Counted from the stretch's first letter, positions 9,082 through 19,578 are shown. The stretch is 64,000 bases of DNA from an uncultured Pseudomonadota bacterium (GCA_963749075.1 CAVVLJ010000016.1:1088001-1152000), one strand, 5' to 3'. Program-made: numbers and translations. Notes: generated from the sequence alone by a model not told the origin.

Positions 9082-10659
9082 ATGCTGGTCCGCAGGCTTG
9101 CGTGCCGGGCTCACGGCATCATCAATGAGGCCTTCCGCGAGCGTCAGCTGTTCTTGCGCGCGGGCGCCGAAGTACGTTTTTTCAAGATCTCGCGCCGCCG
9201 GCAGATGGCGGCGGCGGCACTCGTAGCGGGGCTCGTCGCGTGGTCGCTCTATGCGAGCGTCGTTTATTTCTCGTATGACGCGCGGCTGGCGGCAAGCGAG
9301 GCGCGCTACGCCCACGTCCGCGCGGCCTACGAGCGCGCGGCCGTCGAGCGGGATGCGGCGTCGGCGGCGGCGCGCGAGGCCTATCGCGGCGTTCTCGCGA
9401 CGCTCATGAGCCCCTTCGGCGCGCTCGACGACGCGCGTGCCGAGAGCCGTCAGGAGCTCGCCGCCTTGCGCGGACGCAATGCCAAGCTGGCCTTGGAGAT
9501 GTCCGAGGTCGAGCGCGAGATCGCCGCGGCGCGCGAGGAGCGCGCGCGGCTCACGCGCGCCGACGCGTCGCTCGTCTACCGCGACGACGCGCTGGAAAGC
9601 GAGCTCGCGGGCCTGCGCAACCGGAACAGCGCGCTCGACGGCAACGTCGCGTTGCTCGAGCGCGAGCTCGCGGCAGGGCAGGCGCGCGAGCGCGGCATGG
9701 AATGGGACAATGCGGCCCTCGGCGATGCGCTCGCCAAATCCAAGCGCGACACCGCCGAGGTGCTTGCCAAATCGAAGCGCGACCTCGCCGATGCGCACCA
9801 GCGCAACGACGCGGCGAGCGCCGAGATCGCCGGGCTGCAGGCTAATCTGGCAGGCGTCGCCGCCGAGCGCGACAAGGTGAGCGAGGAGCGCGCCGCACTC
9901 GCGCACCACGTGGACGATCTCGAGCGCCACCTTGCCGCCCTGCAATCGGACCAGAATGCGCTCGTAGCCCGGCTGAGCGAGCGCGCGATCAGCCACAACA
10001 CGGCCGTCGAGCACACCATCGCCATGACCGGTCTCGACGTGGGCAAGCTGATGGCGAAAGTCGAAAGGACGGCGGCGGCGCCGCGCGCCGTCAAGCCCGG
10101 AGCCGGCGGGCCCTTCATCCCGTACCGTCCCGAGCCGGTGCCCTTCGGCAAGGCGAGCCTGCACTCGGGCGAGGTCGAGCTCGTCGTGGCCTCGCTCGAC
10201 CGGCAGGAGGAGCGGCGCGACGGGCTCAACCGCGTCCTCGCGCACCTGCCGCTCGCGAGCCCGATCGATCACTACAGGATCATGAGCGATTTCGGCAAGC
10301 GCATCGACCCCATCAACGGCCGGCTCGCCATGCATGAAGGGGTCGATCTCACCAGCGAGCCGGGCGCCCAGGTCATGGCGACCGCACCCGGCATCGTCAC
10401 CTTTGCCGGCTGGGACGGCAGCTACGGCAAGTTGGTCGAGATCGATCACGGCATGGGCATCCGCACGCGCTACGCGCACCTCAAATCCATCGTCGTGGAG
10501 GTCGGCCAAAGGGTCGCGGCGCGCACGGCGGTCGGCATCATGGGCAGCACCGGCCGCAGTACGGGCACGCACGTGCATTACGAGGTCATGGTCGACGACG
10601 AGCACTACGATCCGATGAACTTCATCAGGGCGGGTGAATATGTTTTCAGCAAGAACTAG
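9082..10659 (+). CDS. membrane-anchored coiled-coil M23 endopeptidase (LmdC-like)
   Basis: N-terminal FRERQLFLR..EVRFF segment plus TM helix, long coiled coil, M23 motifs HEGVD and GRSTGTHVHYEV. Confidence 0.88.
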   Translation: MLVRRLACRAHGIINEAFRERQLFLRAGAEVRFFKISRRRQMAAAALVAGLVAWSLYASVVYFSYDARLAASEARYAHVRAAYERAAVERDAASAAAREAYRGVLATLMSPFGALDDARAESRQELAALRGRNAKLALEMSEVEREIAAAREERARLTRADASLVYRDDALESELAGLRNRNSALDGNVALLERELAAGQARERGMEWDNAALGDALAKSKRDTAEVLAKSKRDLADAHQRNDAASAEIAGLQANLAGVAAERDKVSEERAALAHHVDDLERHLAALQSDQNALVARLSERAISHNTAVEHTIAMTGLDVGKLMAKVERTAAAPRAVKPGAGGPFIPYRPEPVPFGKASLHSGEVELVVASLDRQEERRDGLNRVLAHLPLASPIDHYRIMSDFGKRIDPINGRLAMHEGVDLTSEPGAQVMATAPGIVTFAGWDGSYGKLVEIDHGMGIRTRYAHLKSIVVEVGQRVAARTAVGIMGSTGRSTGTHVHYEVMVDDEHYDPMNFIRAGEYVFSKN

Positions 10660-11125
10660 CGACAAGCCGGCGCCTCTCACTGAGGTGCCGCGCAGCCATC
10701 CCAAGGCGGCCGTGCCCTCGATCATCAGCAAGCAGCTGGTGGTGCACGGCAACCTCACGACCGACGGCGACATCCAGGTCGACGGCACGATCGAGGGCGA
10801 CATCAAGACGAGCGTGCTGACGATCGGCGAGGGCGGCACGGTCAAGGGCGCCGTCGTCGCCGACACCGTGACGGTCTCGGGCACCGTCGACGGCCAGATC
10901 CGCGCCAAGGCGGTGACGCTGTCGCGCACCGCGCGCATGCAGGGCGACATCTGGCACGAGAGCCTGGCGATCGAGGCGGGGGCGCGCTTCGAGGGCAGCT
11001 GCAAGCACCTGAGCACGGCCACCCAGGCCGAGGGCGAGGTGGCGAGCTGGGCCATGGCGCGCCGTGCCGGCGCGGTCAGCCCGGCGGCCGTCGAGACGGC
11101 GGTGCCGCAGGCCGCCGAGAGCTGA
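10640..11125 (+). CDS. bactofilin (polymer-forming cytoskeletal protein)
   Basis: MFSAR N-terminus; PSIISKQLVVHGNL..DGDIQVDGTIEGDI...GDIWHESLAIEAGARFEG; overlaps the M23 gene end. Confidence 0.93.
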   Translation: MFSARTSDKPAPLTEVPRSHPKAAVPSIISKQLVVHGNLTTDGDIQVDGTIEGDIKTSVLTIGEGGTVKGAVVADTVTVSGTVDGQIRAKAVTLSRTARMQGDIWHESLAIEAGARFEGSCKHLSTATQAEGEVASWAMARRAGAVSPAAVETAVPQAAES

Positions 11126-11138
11126 GCGCCTTCGCGGG

Positions 11139-11993
11139 CTAGAGGTCGGCGAGGAAGGCGGCGAGCGCCGCGCGCGCGGCCGGCTCCTCGAGCGACGGCG
11201 TGTGGCCGACGCCGGGCACGCTCGCGCGCCTGAGGTCCGGCTTCTCCTCGGCCATGCGCTCGAAGGTGGCGCTCGTCAGCACGTCGGAGAGCGCGCCGCG
11301 CACGGCCAAAACCGGGATGCGGGCGAGCGAGCGGAAGAGCGGCCAGAGCGGCCGCACGGCGCCCCTCGTTCGCACGAGCGGCTTGACGATGGCCGGGTCC
11401 CAGTCGAAATGGAGCAGCCCGTCGCCGCCCGCCCGGTAGGTGCCCTCGGCCGCGCGCCGCCAATCCTCGTCGCTCGTCAAGCCGAGCGCCGGGAACATCG
11501 ACTTGATGTGGCGGACGGCACTGTCCCAGTCGGGCTGCGGCCGGTCGGTGCCGACGTACTTGAGGATGCGGGCAAGGCCGCCGGTGGCGATCTCCGGTCC
11601 CACGTCGTTGAGCACGACGCCGGCAAGGGCCGTCGGCAGAAGCGCTCCGAGCGCCATGGCGAGCACGCCGCCGAGCGAGGTGCCGACCGCGACCACTTTG
11701 TGGACATTGGCGGCGGCAAGCAGATGGCGCACGTCGTTGAGGTAGGTCTCCGGCCGGTAGTTGCGCCAATCGGGGTCGTATTGCGAGCGTCCGCGGCCGC
11801 GGTAATCGAGACAGAGTACGCGGCGCGTGGCGGCTTCGCGTGCTGCCAGGCGGGCAAAGTCCTTGGCGTTGCGCGTGAGGCCGGTGAGGCAGAGGAGCGG
11901 CGTCCTTGCCGCCCCCGGATCGCCGTAGTCGCGATAAGCGAGCTCGAGATCGTCCTCCGAGCGGTAGCTGCGCTCGCGATACAATTGCGGCAC
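11139..11993 (-). CDS. alpha/beta hydrolase
   Basis: GTG start; GLTRNAKDF, DYRGRGRS, nucleophile elbow GTSLGG, C-terminal GVGHTP. Confidence 0.9.
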   Translation of the reverse strand: MPQLYRERSYRSEDDLELAYRDYGDPGAARTPLLCLTGLTRNAKDFARLAAREAATRRVLCLDYRGRGRSQYDPDWRNYRPETYLNDVRHLLAAANVHKVVAVGTSLGGVLAMALGALLPTALAGVVLNDVGPEIATGGLARILKYVGTDRPQPDWDSAVRHIKSMFPALGLTSDEDWRRAAEGTYRAGGDGLLHFDWDPAIVKPLVRTRGAVRPLWPLFRSLARIPVLAVRGALSDVLTSATFERMAEEKPDLRRASVPGVGHTPSLEEPAARAALAAFLADL

Positions 11994-12009
11994 GGCCGCG
12001 GCCCGGCGC

Positions 12010-12696
12010 TCAGAAGCCGAGGAGAGCCGGCAGCTCGGCGAGCGAGCGCACCTCGGCGTCGGGCCGGCCCGGCAGCCGCTCGCGGCGCTGGCCGTAGCGG
12101 TTGCACCACACCACCTTGCAGCCGAAAGCGCTCGCCGCATGGGCGTCCCAGGCGTTCGAGGACAGGAAGACGATGGCGCCCGCCGGCACGCCGAGGCGGT
12201 CGACGGCGAGCTGATAGACCTTGGGGTGCGGCTTGAAGACGCCGGCCTCCTCGACCGAGAGCACGGCATCGAGGAGCTCGCCGAGCCCGGCTCCCTCGAC
12301 CGCGGCCGCAAGCATGCTTGGCGAGCCGTTGGAGAGGATGGCCGTGGTCAGGCCAGCCGCCTTGAGCTGGCGGAGGAGCGCCGGCACCTCGGGGAAGCAG
12401 TCGAGCGTGAGGTAGCAGTCCATCAGGCGCTCCTTGAGCGCCGCATCGGCGATGCCGAGGGTCTCGAGCGAATAGTCGAGCGCCTCCGAGGTGACCTGCC
12501 AGAAATCGGCATGGCGGCCCATGAGGGCCCGGAGCCAGGTGTATTGCAGTTGCTTGTCGCGCCACAGCGGAGAGAGCTGGTTGGCCTTGCCGCGGAGCGC
12601 CGCGCGGCAGCGCGCCGCCGCCGAATTGAAATCGAACACCGTGCCGTAGGCGTCGAACACGGCGGCCCGGATGCCCGCAAGCTTTGCCGTCGTCAT
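12010..12696 (-). CDS. haloacid dehalogenase type II
   Basis: FDAYGTVFD, WRDKQLQYTW, ILSNGS, FKPHPKVY, SSNAWD. Confidence 0.92.
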   Translation of the reverse strand: MTTAKLAGIRAAVFDAYGTVFDFNSAAARCRAALRGKANQLSPLWRDKQLQYTWLRALMGRHADFWQVTSEALDYSLETLGIADAALKERLMDCYLTLDCFPEVPALLRQLKAAGLTTAILSNGSPSMLAAAVEGAGLGELLDAVLSVEEAGVFKPHPKVYQLAVDRLGVPAGAIVFLSSNAWDAHAASAFGCKVVWCNRYGQRRERLPGRPDAEVRSLAELPALLGF

Positions 12697-12700
12697 GGCA

Positions 12701-14671
12701 TCAATCCGCCGGCACGCCCAGGTCCTTGGCAAGGCGGAGGCTGAGGCGCGTGCCGGCCAGGCGCTCGCGGTAGACGTGGAGCGCCTCGACGACGCGCTGC
12801 ACGTAGTTGCGCGTCTCCTCGAAGGGGATCATCTCGATCCAGTCGATGACGTTGACCTGCGGCGCGCGCGGGTCGCCGTTCTCGCGGAGCCATTCGTGCA
12901 CGCGCGCCTCGCCGGCGTTGTAGGCGGCGAGCGCCAGCACGTAATTGCCGCCGAAACCGTCGAGCAGCTTGGCGAGGATGGTGCAGCCGAGACGGACGTT
13001 GTACTCGGGGTCGTCGGTGAGGCGGCTCACGGCATAGCGCAGGCCCATCCCACCGGCCGTCTTGCGCGCCGTCCCGGGCATGACCTGCATGAGGCCGAGG
13101 GCGCCCGCCTGGCTTATGGCGCGCGGGTCGAAGCCGCTCTCCTGGCGGATCACCGAGAGCACCAGGGCGCGCTCGGTGCCGGCCGAATCGGCGAGCTGCA
13201 GCACCGGATAGCCGTGCACCGTGAGCGGCATCTCGCCGTGCCAGGTCTGGCGCGCCATGCGCACGGCGAGGTCCGGGCGCTGCTCGGCGATGGCGAGGGA
13301 GGCCACGAGCTCGGCCTCCTCGGGTGCCGTGGCGAGGATCGCCAGGCGCTTGAGGAAGACCTCCTTGAGGTCGTCCTCGCCGACCTCGCCGAGCTCCTTC
13401 ACCACGCGCACCAGCTCCTTGCCGTTGAAGGCGCTACGCGCGGCAGCCGAGGGCTGCGGCGGCGGGGGAAGCGTCGGCCGCGAGGCGGGGTCGAGGCGGA
13501 GGGCGGCGAGCTGGCCGTAGTAGGTCGTGCTGAAATTCGCCGCCGCGACGTAGGCCCGCCGGGCCTCGCTGCTCTTGCCCATGGCCTCGAGCGCGCGGCC
13601 CGTCCAATAATCGGCTCGCGCGCGGCTGATGGGATACTGCACGGTCGCGGCCATCTTGCGGAAATGGGCCAGCGCCGTTGCCGGATCCTTGAGCAGCCTG
13701 AGTGCTATGAAGCCCGCGGTCCATTCGCCGCTGGCGAAGCCGCGCGAGCCGGGGTCCTGGCCGTGCTGCTCGGCCATGCGCTGGGCCTCGGAGTAATAGC
13801 CCTCGAGAAAGGCGCGGTGGATCTCGATCGAGCGTTCGCGCCACCACAGATCGGGCCGTACGAGGTCGGAGGGCGGATGCATGAGGATCGCGCGCGCCTC
13901 GTCGTCGCGGTCCTTGCGCACGCGCCAGCGCAGGCGGTCGAAGATCAGGCCGGGATCGTTCTGCAGCGCCGCCGGCACGCGCCTCAAGGCGTATTCGGCA
14001 CCCGGGTCCATGGCCTGGAGCTTGAGCCGCGCCTCCGCGAGAAGGGCGCGGTCCTTGCCCACGCGGTTCAGCATGTCGCGTGCCGCGCGCGTCTGGCCGT
14101 CCCACAGCAGGCGGTCGAGTCGCGCCACATGGTCCGACTGGCGGATCAGATCGTGATGCTTGAACATCAGGATCTGCTCCTGGCGGTCACCCATATTGTC
14201 TTCGACCCAGACCTTGCGCAGGAGCTCGGTGCCGCGCTGCTCCTCGCCCGTTGCCAGAAGCCCTTCGGCATAGCGGATGCGGCCGGTCGCCGAGACGGGC
14301 GGATTGGCCTCGAACCATTCGCGCAAGGATGACGGCGACTGGTCGTCGGGAATCGCCTCCTCGGCGCGCTCGTGCAGGCTCTCCTGCTTCGGCCAGTCGG
14401 GGTTGTCCTTGATGAAGGCGGCGATCTCGCCGAAGCTGGCGCCGCTGCCGGCCCGCACGAGGTAGAGCCACTCGACCGCTTTGGCGAGAAGCCCGTCCTT
14501 GGCCTCAAGGGCGAGCTCGCCCGCCGCGCTGTAGTGGCCGGCCTCAGCCGCCGTGAAGGCAGCGCGGTAGATCTCGAGGTCGCGACCCGAAAGCGCCGCC
14601 GCATGCGCCGGCGCTGCCGCCGGCAGGATCAGGCAGAGTGCGATGAGGCACGCCAGCAGACTTCCCCTCAC
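12701..14671 (-). CDS. slt: soluble lytic murein transglycosylase (Slt-type)
   Basis: GTG 14671 after GGGGAGG, signal peptide; IRQESGF, AGALGLMQVMP, LAAYNAG, IPFEETRNYV. Confidence 0.92.
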   Translation of the reverse strand: MRGSLLACLIALCLILPAAAPAHAAALSGRDLEIYRAAFTAAEAGHYSAAGELALEAKDGLLAKAVEWLYLVRAGSGASFGEIAAFIKDNPDWPKQESLHERAEEAIPDDQSPSSLREWFEANPPVSATGRIRYAEGLLATGEEQRGTELLRKVWVEDNMGDRQEQILMFKHHDLIRQSDHVARLDRLLWDGQTRAARDMLNRVGKDRALLAEARLKLQAMDPGAEYALRRVPAALQNDPGLIFDRLRWRVRKDRDDEARAILMHPPSDLVRPDLWWRERSIEIHRAFLEGYYSEAQRMAEQHGQDPGSRGFASGEWTAGFIALRLLKDPATALAHFRKMAATVQYPISRARADYWTGRALEAMGKSSEARRAYVAAANFSTTYYGQLAALRLDPASRPTLPPPPQPSAAARSAFNGKELVRVVKELGEVGEDDLKEVFLKRLAILATAPEEAELVASLAIAEQRPDLAVRMARQTWHGEMPLTVHGYPVLQLADSAGTERALVLSVIRQESGFDPRAISQAGALGLMQVMPGTARKTAGGMGLRYAVSRLTDDPEYNVRLGCTILAKLLDGFGGNYVLALAAYNAGEARVHEWLRENGDPRAPQVNVIDWIEMIPFEETRNYVQRVVEALHVYRERLAGTRLSLRLAKDLGVPAD

Positions 14672-14867
14672 GGCCTCCCCTTTCTCCCCTCGGGACGCGG
14701 CGGCGGGCATGCGCGCGCCGCTGCTGTGGATATTATTCGCAAGCCCGGCTCTCGCCAAGCGTTGATGTGAGGAATGCGGCGGGATACCACCGCTCGCGGT
14801 GCTTGCCCGCGGCTCTGCCCGGGACTATCGTCGCGGGCGAGAGGAAGCCCCGGCAAGGACAGATGCC

Positions 14868-15767
14868 ATGTTCAAGGGATGCTTGACCGCGCTCATCACG
14901 CCGTTCCGCGACGGAGCGGTCGATGCCAAGGCCTTCCAGCCGCTCGTCGAGTGGCAGATCAAGGAGGGCATCAACGGCCTGGTGCCCTGCGGGACGACCG
15001 GCGAGTCGCCCACCTTGAGCCATGACGAGCACGCGCGCGTGACCGAGCTTTGCGTGGAGGCGGCGAAGGGCCGCGTCCCCGTCATCGCCGGCACCGGCTC
15101 CAACTCGACCGCGGAGGCGATCGCCTTCGCCAAGCATGCCGAGAAGGCAGGCGCCGACGCCCAGCTCGTCGTCACCCCCTATTACAACAAGCCGACCCAG
15201 GAAGGGCTCTACCGCCACTACAAGGCCATCCACGACTCGTGCGGCCTGCCGATCGTCATCTACAACATCCCGCCGCGCTCGGTCGTCGACATGACGGTGG
15301 AGACCATGGCGCGCCTCGCCAAGCTGCCGCGCATCATCGGCGTCAAGGACGCCACCAACGATTTGACGCGCGCCGTGCGCACCAAGCTCGCCATCGGGCC
15401 CAAGTTCGCGCTCCTCTCGGGCGAGGACGGCACGGCGCTCGCCTTCCGCGCCGCGAGCGGGCACGGCTGCATCTCGGTCACCTCGAACGTCGCTCCCGCC
15501 CTGTGCTCGGGCATGCACGCCGCCTGGCAGAAGGGCGACGTGGCGCGCGCCCAGGAGCTCAACGAGAGCCTGATGCCGCTTCATCTCGCACTCTTCGCCG
15601 AGACGAGCCCGGCGCCGGTCAAGTACGCGGCGAGCCTCTTGGGCCTCTCGACCGCCGACGTGCGGCTGCCGCTCTGCGAGATTCAGGACGCGACCAAGGC
15701 GCGGGTGCGCGACGCCATGACCAGGCTCGGCCTCCTCAAGGGCGGGGTGCTGAGCGCCGCCGAGTGA
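14868..15767 (+). CDS. dapA: 4-hydroxy-tetrahydrodipicolinate synthase
   Basis: [33 protein letters not shown]. Confidence 0.97.
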   Translation: MFKGCLTALITPFRDGAVDAKAFQPLVEWQIKEGINGLVPCGTTGESPTLSHDEHARVTELCVEAAKGRVPVIAGTGSNSTAEAIAFAKHAEKAGADAQLVVTPYYNKPTQEGLYRHYKAIHDSCGLPIVIYNIPPRSVVDMTVETMARLAKLPRIIGVKDATNDLTRAVRTKLAIGPKFALLSGEDGTALAFRAASGHGCISVTSNVAPALCSGMHAAWQKGDVARAQELNESLMPLHLALFAETSPAPVKYAASLLGLSTADVRLPLCEIQDATKARVRDAMTRLGLLKGGVLSAAE

Positions 15768-16222
15768 CGCCGCCCCGCACCGTCGCCCAGAACCGCCGCG
15801 CGCGCCACGATTACACGATCGAGGAGACGCTCGAGGCGGGCATCGTGCTTGCCGGCAGCGAGGTCAAGGCGCTGCGCGAGGGGCGCGGCAACCTGAACGA
15901 CGCCTACGCGCACCCCGCCGAGGGGGCGCTCTGGCTCTACAACGCCTATATCCCCGAGTACCGCGCCGCCAACCGCTTCAACCACGAGACGCGGCGGCCG
16001 CGCAAGCTCCTCCTCCACCAGCGCCAGATCGAGCGGCTCGCCGGGCTCGTGCAGCGCGAGGGGGCGACGCTGATCCCGCTCTCCGTCTATTTCAACGAGC
16101 GCGGCATCGCCAAGGTGCAGCTCGGCCTGGCGCACGGCAAGCGCAAGGCGGACAAGCGCGCGAGCGAGAAGGAGCGCGACTGGAAGCGCGACAAGGCGCG
16201 CCTGCTGCGCGCCAAGGGCTGA
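15764..16222 (+). CDS. smpB: SsrA-binding protein
   Basis: GTG overlapping the dapA stop; [39 protein letters not shown]. Confidence 0.96.
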   Translation: MTPPRTVAQNRRARHDYTIEETLEAGIVLAGSEVKALREGRGNLNDAYAHPAEGALWLYNAYIPEYRAANRFNHETRRPRKLLLHQRQIERLAGLVQREGATLIPLSVYFNERGIAKVQLGLAHGKRKADKRASEKERDWKRDKARLLRAKG

Positions 16223-16231
16223 GCGCTGCCG

Positions 16232-16888
16232 TCAGCCGCCGCCGGCGGTCTCCGCGGCGGGAGCGGCGAGGGCACGGAGGAGCCGCTCCGGCGCCTCGCC
16301 CGCCTCGAAGCGCTGCACGAGCTCCTCGAAGTCGAACAGCACGCCGATCGGATTGTCGTTGAAGGCTCGCCCGGCGAGCCAGTCATTCAGCGTCTGCTTG
16401 TCGGGAAAGGCGTCGACTTGCAGCTCCACCCGGTTGTCGTCGGGGTCGAGATAGTAGTTCGACACCGTGATGCCGTGATGGATCGTGCGCACGGGAAGGA
16501 TGCCCTCCCGCTCGAGCCGCTTGTAGGTGGAGACGAGATCGGCGAGCGAGGCGTAGCTGAAGGCGATGTGATGGACGCCGGCCACGGCCGCGTCCTTCGC
16601 CTTCGGCCGCACCGCATCGCGCTTGAGGATGGCGACCCGGTGGTGCTCGTCGTCGAAGGTGATGAACTCGAGCGCATCGGAGGAGAACGTCGGCGCACCT
16701 GCAAGCACGGTGCGCCACCAGGCGCTCATCTCCGCGATCCTGTCCGTCTGGAACACCACGTGCGCGAGATAGGCGGGCCGCACCGTCTCCGTGGCCGGGT
16801 CCGGCACGCGCGCCGTCGCGGTCTCCTCGAGACCGGAGCAGAACTTGAGCTCCGCCGCGGCGAGGCGGGCGGATGCAAAGCCGGTCAT
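16232..16888 (-). CDS. VOC/glyoxalase superfamily protein (extradiol dioxygenase-related, FDDEHHR type)
   Basis: LAHVVFQT, TFDDEHHRVAI, HHIAFSY, HHGITVSNYYLDPDDNRVELQVD. Confidence 0.82.
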   Translation of the reverse strand: MTGFASARLAAAELKFCSGLEETATARVPDPATETVRPAYLAHVVFQTDRIAEMSAWWRTVLAGAPTFSSDALEFITFDDEHHRVAILKRDAVRPKAKDAAVAGVHHIAFSYASLADLVSTYKRLEREGILPVRTIHHGITVSNYYLDPDDNRVELQVDAFPDKQTLNDWLAGRAFNDNPIGVLFDFEELVQRFEAGEAPERLLRALAAPAAETAGGG

Positions 16889-16963
16889 GTGCTGTCCCTC
16901 CGAGGCGTTTCTCGTCTGGAAAGGATGGCATCCTTGTCGCCATCACCGCAAGGGGCCGAACTC

Positions 16964-17115
16964 GCTCCTCTCCTCCTTTAGGAGGAGAGGAAGGGGCCCG
17001 TCGCGGGAGCGACGGGAAGGTGAGGAGGCTGCGGTCGCCCGCCTCGTCCGCCGCCGGCGCGCCTTGAAAAGACCTCCTCACCCCAACCCTCTCCTCCTAA
17101 AGGAGGAGAGGGAGC
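16964..17115. repeat. intergenic palindromic repeat, family B (CCCTC..C/G..GAGGG mosaic element)
   Basis: ctcctctctcctttaggaggagagg ... cctcaccccaaccctctcctcctaaaggaggagagggag, two inverted hairpin units directly after the udg stop; related copies at 23593 and 61751. Confidence 0.8.
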
Positions 17116-17757
17116 TCAGGCGGCGGCCGTGGCGAGATAGGCCGCGATGCGGGCGAAGACGGCCGCGAACATGCCGGCGGTGAGGCGGCCGGTGTTGGTG
17201 TTGAGGCGCGAGCAGTGATAGCTGTCGAAGAGGCGGATGCGCTTCGTGAGCGCATGCTCGGCGCCGTGAGCGAAGGGGAAGCCGCCCGCCTTGAGCCCGC
17301 AGCTCGCGACGACGGCGGCGTGCGCGATGCCGCCGAGTGCGAGGATGGCGCGGAGGCGGGGAAGGCCAGCGATCTCCGCGGCGAGGAAGCCGCGGCAGGC
17401 GGCGACCTCGGCGGGCAGAGGCCGGTTGGCCGGCGGCACGCAGCGCACCGCATTGCTGATGCGCGCGGCTCTCAGCCGCAAGCCGTCATGGGGGTCGGCG
17501 CCGTAGCGACCCGCGGCGAAGCCGAACTTGAGAAGCGTGCCGTAGAGGAGCTCGCCCGCGTAGTCGCCGGTGAAGGGACGGCCGGTGCGGTTGGCGCCCT
17601 TGAGTCCAGGCGCCAAGCCGACGAGGAGGAGGCGCGCATGCGTGCCGCCGAAGGAGGGCACGGGCGCGTTGTAGAAGTCCGGGAAGCGCTCGCGGTTGTC
17701 GCGCCGGAAGGCAGCTAAGCGCGGACAGAGCGGGCAGTCGCGCTGCGGCTCGCGCAT
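17116..17757 (-). CDS. uracil-DNA glycosylase (family 4/5)
   Basis: CPLCPRL, GLAPGLKGANRTGRPFTGD, NAVRCVPP, SYHCSRLN. Confidence 0.92.
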   Translation of the reverse strand: MREPQRDCPLCPRLAAFRRDNRERFPDFYNAPVPSFGGTHARLLLVGLAPGLKGANRTGRPFTGDYAGELLYGTLLKFGFAAGRYGADPHDGLRLRAARISNAVRCVPPANRPLPAEVAACRGFLAAEIAGLPRLRAILALGGIAHAAVVASCGLKAGGFPFAHGAEHALTKRIRLFDSYHCSRLNTNTGRLTAGMFAAVFARIAAYLATAAA

Positions 17758-17780
17758 GCGGCCTGCCTCGCGCGGGCGCT

Positions 17781-18389
17781 TCAGTCGTCGTCGGTGCCGA
17801 AGGCGTCGTCGCGCTCCTCCACCACGGTGCGCCGGTTGTTCTCCGGCGCCTCGCGGTGGTGATGGGTGCGCTGGATCTGCGGCGCCAGATCGAGGAGCTC
17901 GATGAAGGTGTCGGCCTGGCGGCGCAGCTCGTCGGCCACCATGGGCGGCTGCGAGCGGATGGTGCTCACCACCGAGACGCGCACGCCCTTGCGCTGGACG
18001 GCCTCCACCAGGCGGCGGAAGTCGCCGTCGCCGGAGAAGAGCACGATGTGGTCGAGCCGCTCCGCCATCTCCATCACGTCGATGGCGAGCTCGATGTCCA
18101 TGTTGCCCTTGATCTTGCGGCGGCCCATGGCGTCGGTGAATTCCTTGGTCGGCTTGGTCACCATGGTGTAGCCGTTGTAGTCGAGCCAGTCGACAAGCGG
18201 GCGGATGGGCGAGTACTCCTGGTCGTCGACGAGGGCGGTATAGTAGAAGGCGCGCACGAGGTTGCCCTTGCCCTGGAAGAGCTCGAGGAGCCGCTTGTAG
18301 TCGATATCGAAGCCGAGAGCCCGGGCCGCCGCGTAGAGGTTGGAGCCGTCGATGAAGAGCGCCAGGCGCTCGTTGGGATAGAAATGCAT
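17781..18389 (-). CDS. NYN domain (LabA/DUF88) protein
   Basis: FIDGSNLY, KGNMDIELAID, FSGDGDF, ELRRQADTF; conserved position next to folK/rpoZ. Confidence 0.93.
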   Translation of the reverse strand: MHFYPNERLALFIDGSNLYAAARALGFDIDYKRLLELFQGKGNLVRAFYYTALVDDQEYSPIRPLVDWLDYNGYTMVTKPTKEFTDAMGRRKIKGNMDIELAIDVMEMAERLDHIVLFSGDGDFRRLVEAVQRKGVRVSVVSTIRSQPPMVADELRRQADTFIELLDLAPQIQRTHHHREAPENNRRTVVEERDDAFGTDDD

Positions 18390-18536
18390 TTTCCAATACC
18401 CTAGCCGTAATCGCCAAGAACCACTAGAAACAACCGTCGCAACCGGGAACAGCACGCGGTCGCCGTCTAGCAAGTCGCTAGTTACGTAATGATCAAATCG
18501 CGCGCTGGCAAGTGCAAAACGAAGATCTGTGCCGCC

Positions 18537-19031
18537 ATGATTCTCGTGGCCCTCGGCGCCAACTTGCCAAGCCCGCGCTTCGGCGGCCCCCGCGACACGC
18601 TGGAGGCGGCGCTCGAGGCCTTGGCCGAGCGCGGCATCCGCGTCGTGCGCCGCTCGCGCTGGTACCGCTCGCACCCGGTGCCGGCCTCGGACCAGCCGGA
18701 CTACGTGAACGGCGTCGTGGCCGTCGAGACGGAGCTCGAGCCTTCGGCGCTGCTTGCCGAGCTTCACCGCATCGAGGCCGCATTCGGCCGCGTCCGCAGG
18801 GAGCCCAATGCCGCACGCCTGCTCGATCTCGACCTCCTCGCCTATCACGGCCGCGTGAGCGACGGCAGCGACGGCGGCCCCGTGCTGCCTCACCCGCGCA
18901 TGAGGGCCCGCGCCTTCGTCCTCAAGCCGCTCGCCGAGGTGGCGCCGGCCTGGCGCCATCCGGCAACGGGCGAGCCACTGGGGGAGCTGCTTGCCGCGTT
19001 GCCGGAAGAGAGCCCCGCCGAGCCTCTCTAG
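18537..19031 (+). CDS. folK: 2-amino-4-hydroxy-6-hydroxymethyldihydropteridine diphosphokinase
   Basis: ALGANL, QPDYVNGV, ARLLDLDLL, LPHPRM..RAFVLKPL. Confidence 0.96.
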   Translation: MILVALGANLPSPRFGGPRDTLEAALEALAERGIRVVRRSRWYRSHPVPASDQPDYVNGVVAVETELEPSALLAELHRIEAAFGRVRREPNAARLLDLDLLAYHGRVSDGSDGGPVLPHPRMRARAFVLKPLAEVAPAWRHPATGEPLGELLAALPEESPAEPL

Positions 19032-19155
19032 CCGATCGCGGCCGCTCGGCCTAAGGTGCGGGAATCCCTGATATTCCCAGGCATCGCCCTTGCTTTGGCC
19101 GGGCGCAACCCATATATTGACCGGCCGCTTTCGCTGAAATTCGAGGTGATTCGAG

Positions 19156-19578
19156 ATGGCTCGCGTAACCGTGGAAGATTGCGTCGTCAAAGTTCCCAAC
19201 CGCTTCGAGCTGGTCATGCTCGCCGCACATCGCGCGCGCGATCTCGCGGCGGGCGCCACGCTCACCGTCGATCGCGACAACGACAAGAACCCGGTCGTGG
19301 CGCTGCGCGAGATCGCCGACGAGACGGTGGGGATCGACCACCTGCGCGAGGGCGTGGTCAAGGGCATGCAGAAGCTGGTCGAGCCCGACGAGCCCGAGGA
19401 AGAGGAGATGGACGCGCTGGCGGCCCAGCAGCTTGCGGCGGCAGGCGGCGAGCTCGCCGCTGCCGTGGCGGAGGATGCCGAGGGCGAGGAGGACGACGAG
19501 CTCTCGGCCGAAGGCGACGACCTCGAGGAGGACTCCGGGGCGGAAGCCGCAGAGGAGTTCCCGCAGGACGCGGGGTGA
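19156..19578 (+). CDS. rpoZ: RNA polymerase omega subunit
   Basis: [32 protein letters not shown], acidic tail. Confidence 0.97.
   Translation: MARVTVEDCVVKVPNRFELVMLAAHRARDLAAGATLTVDRDNDKNPVVALREIADETVGIDHLREGVVKGMQKLVEPDEPEEEEMDALAAQQLAAAGGELAAAVAEDAEGEEDDELSAEGDDLEEDSGAEAAEEFPQDAG

Noticed and set aside
15764-17115. tmRNA gene or integration site near smpB
   Set aside because: No tRNA-like ends or tag reading frame recognised; the space is taken by the VOC gene and a repeat.
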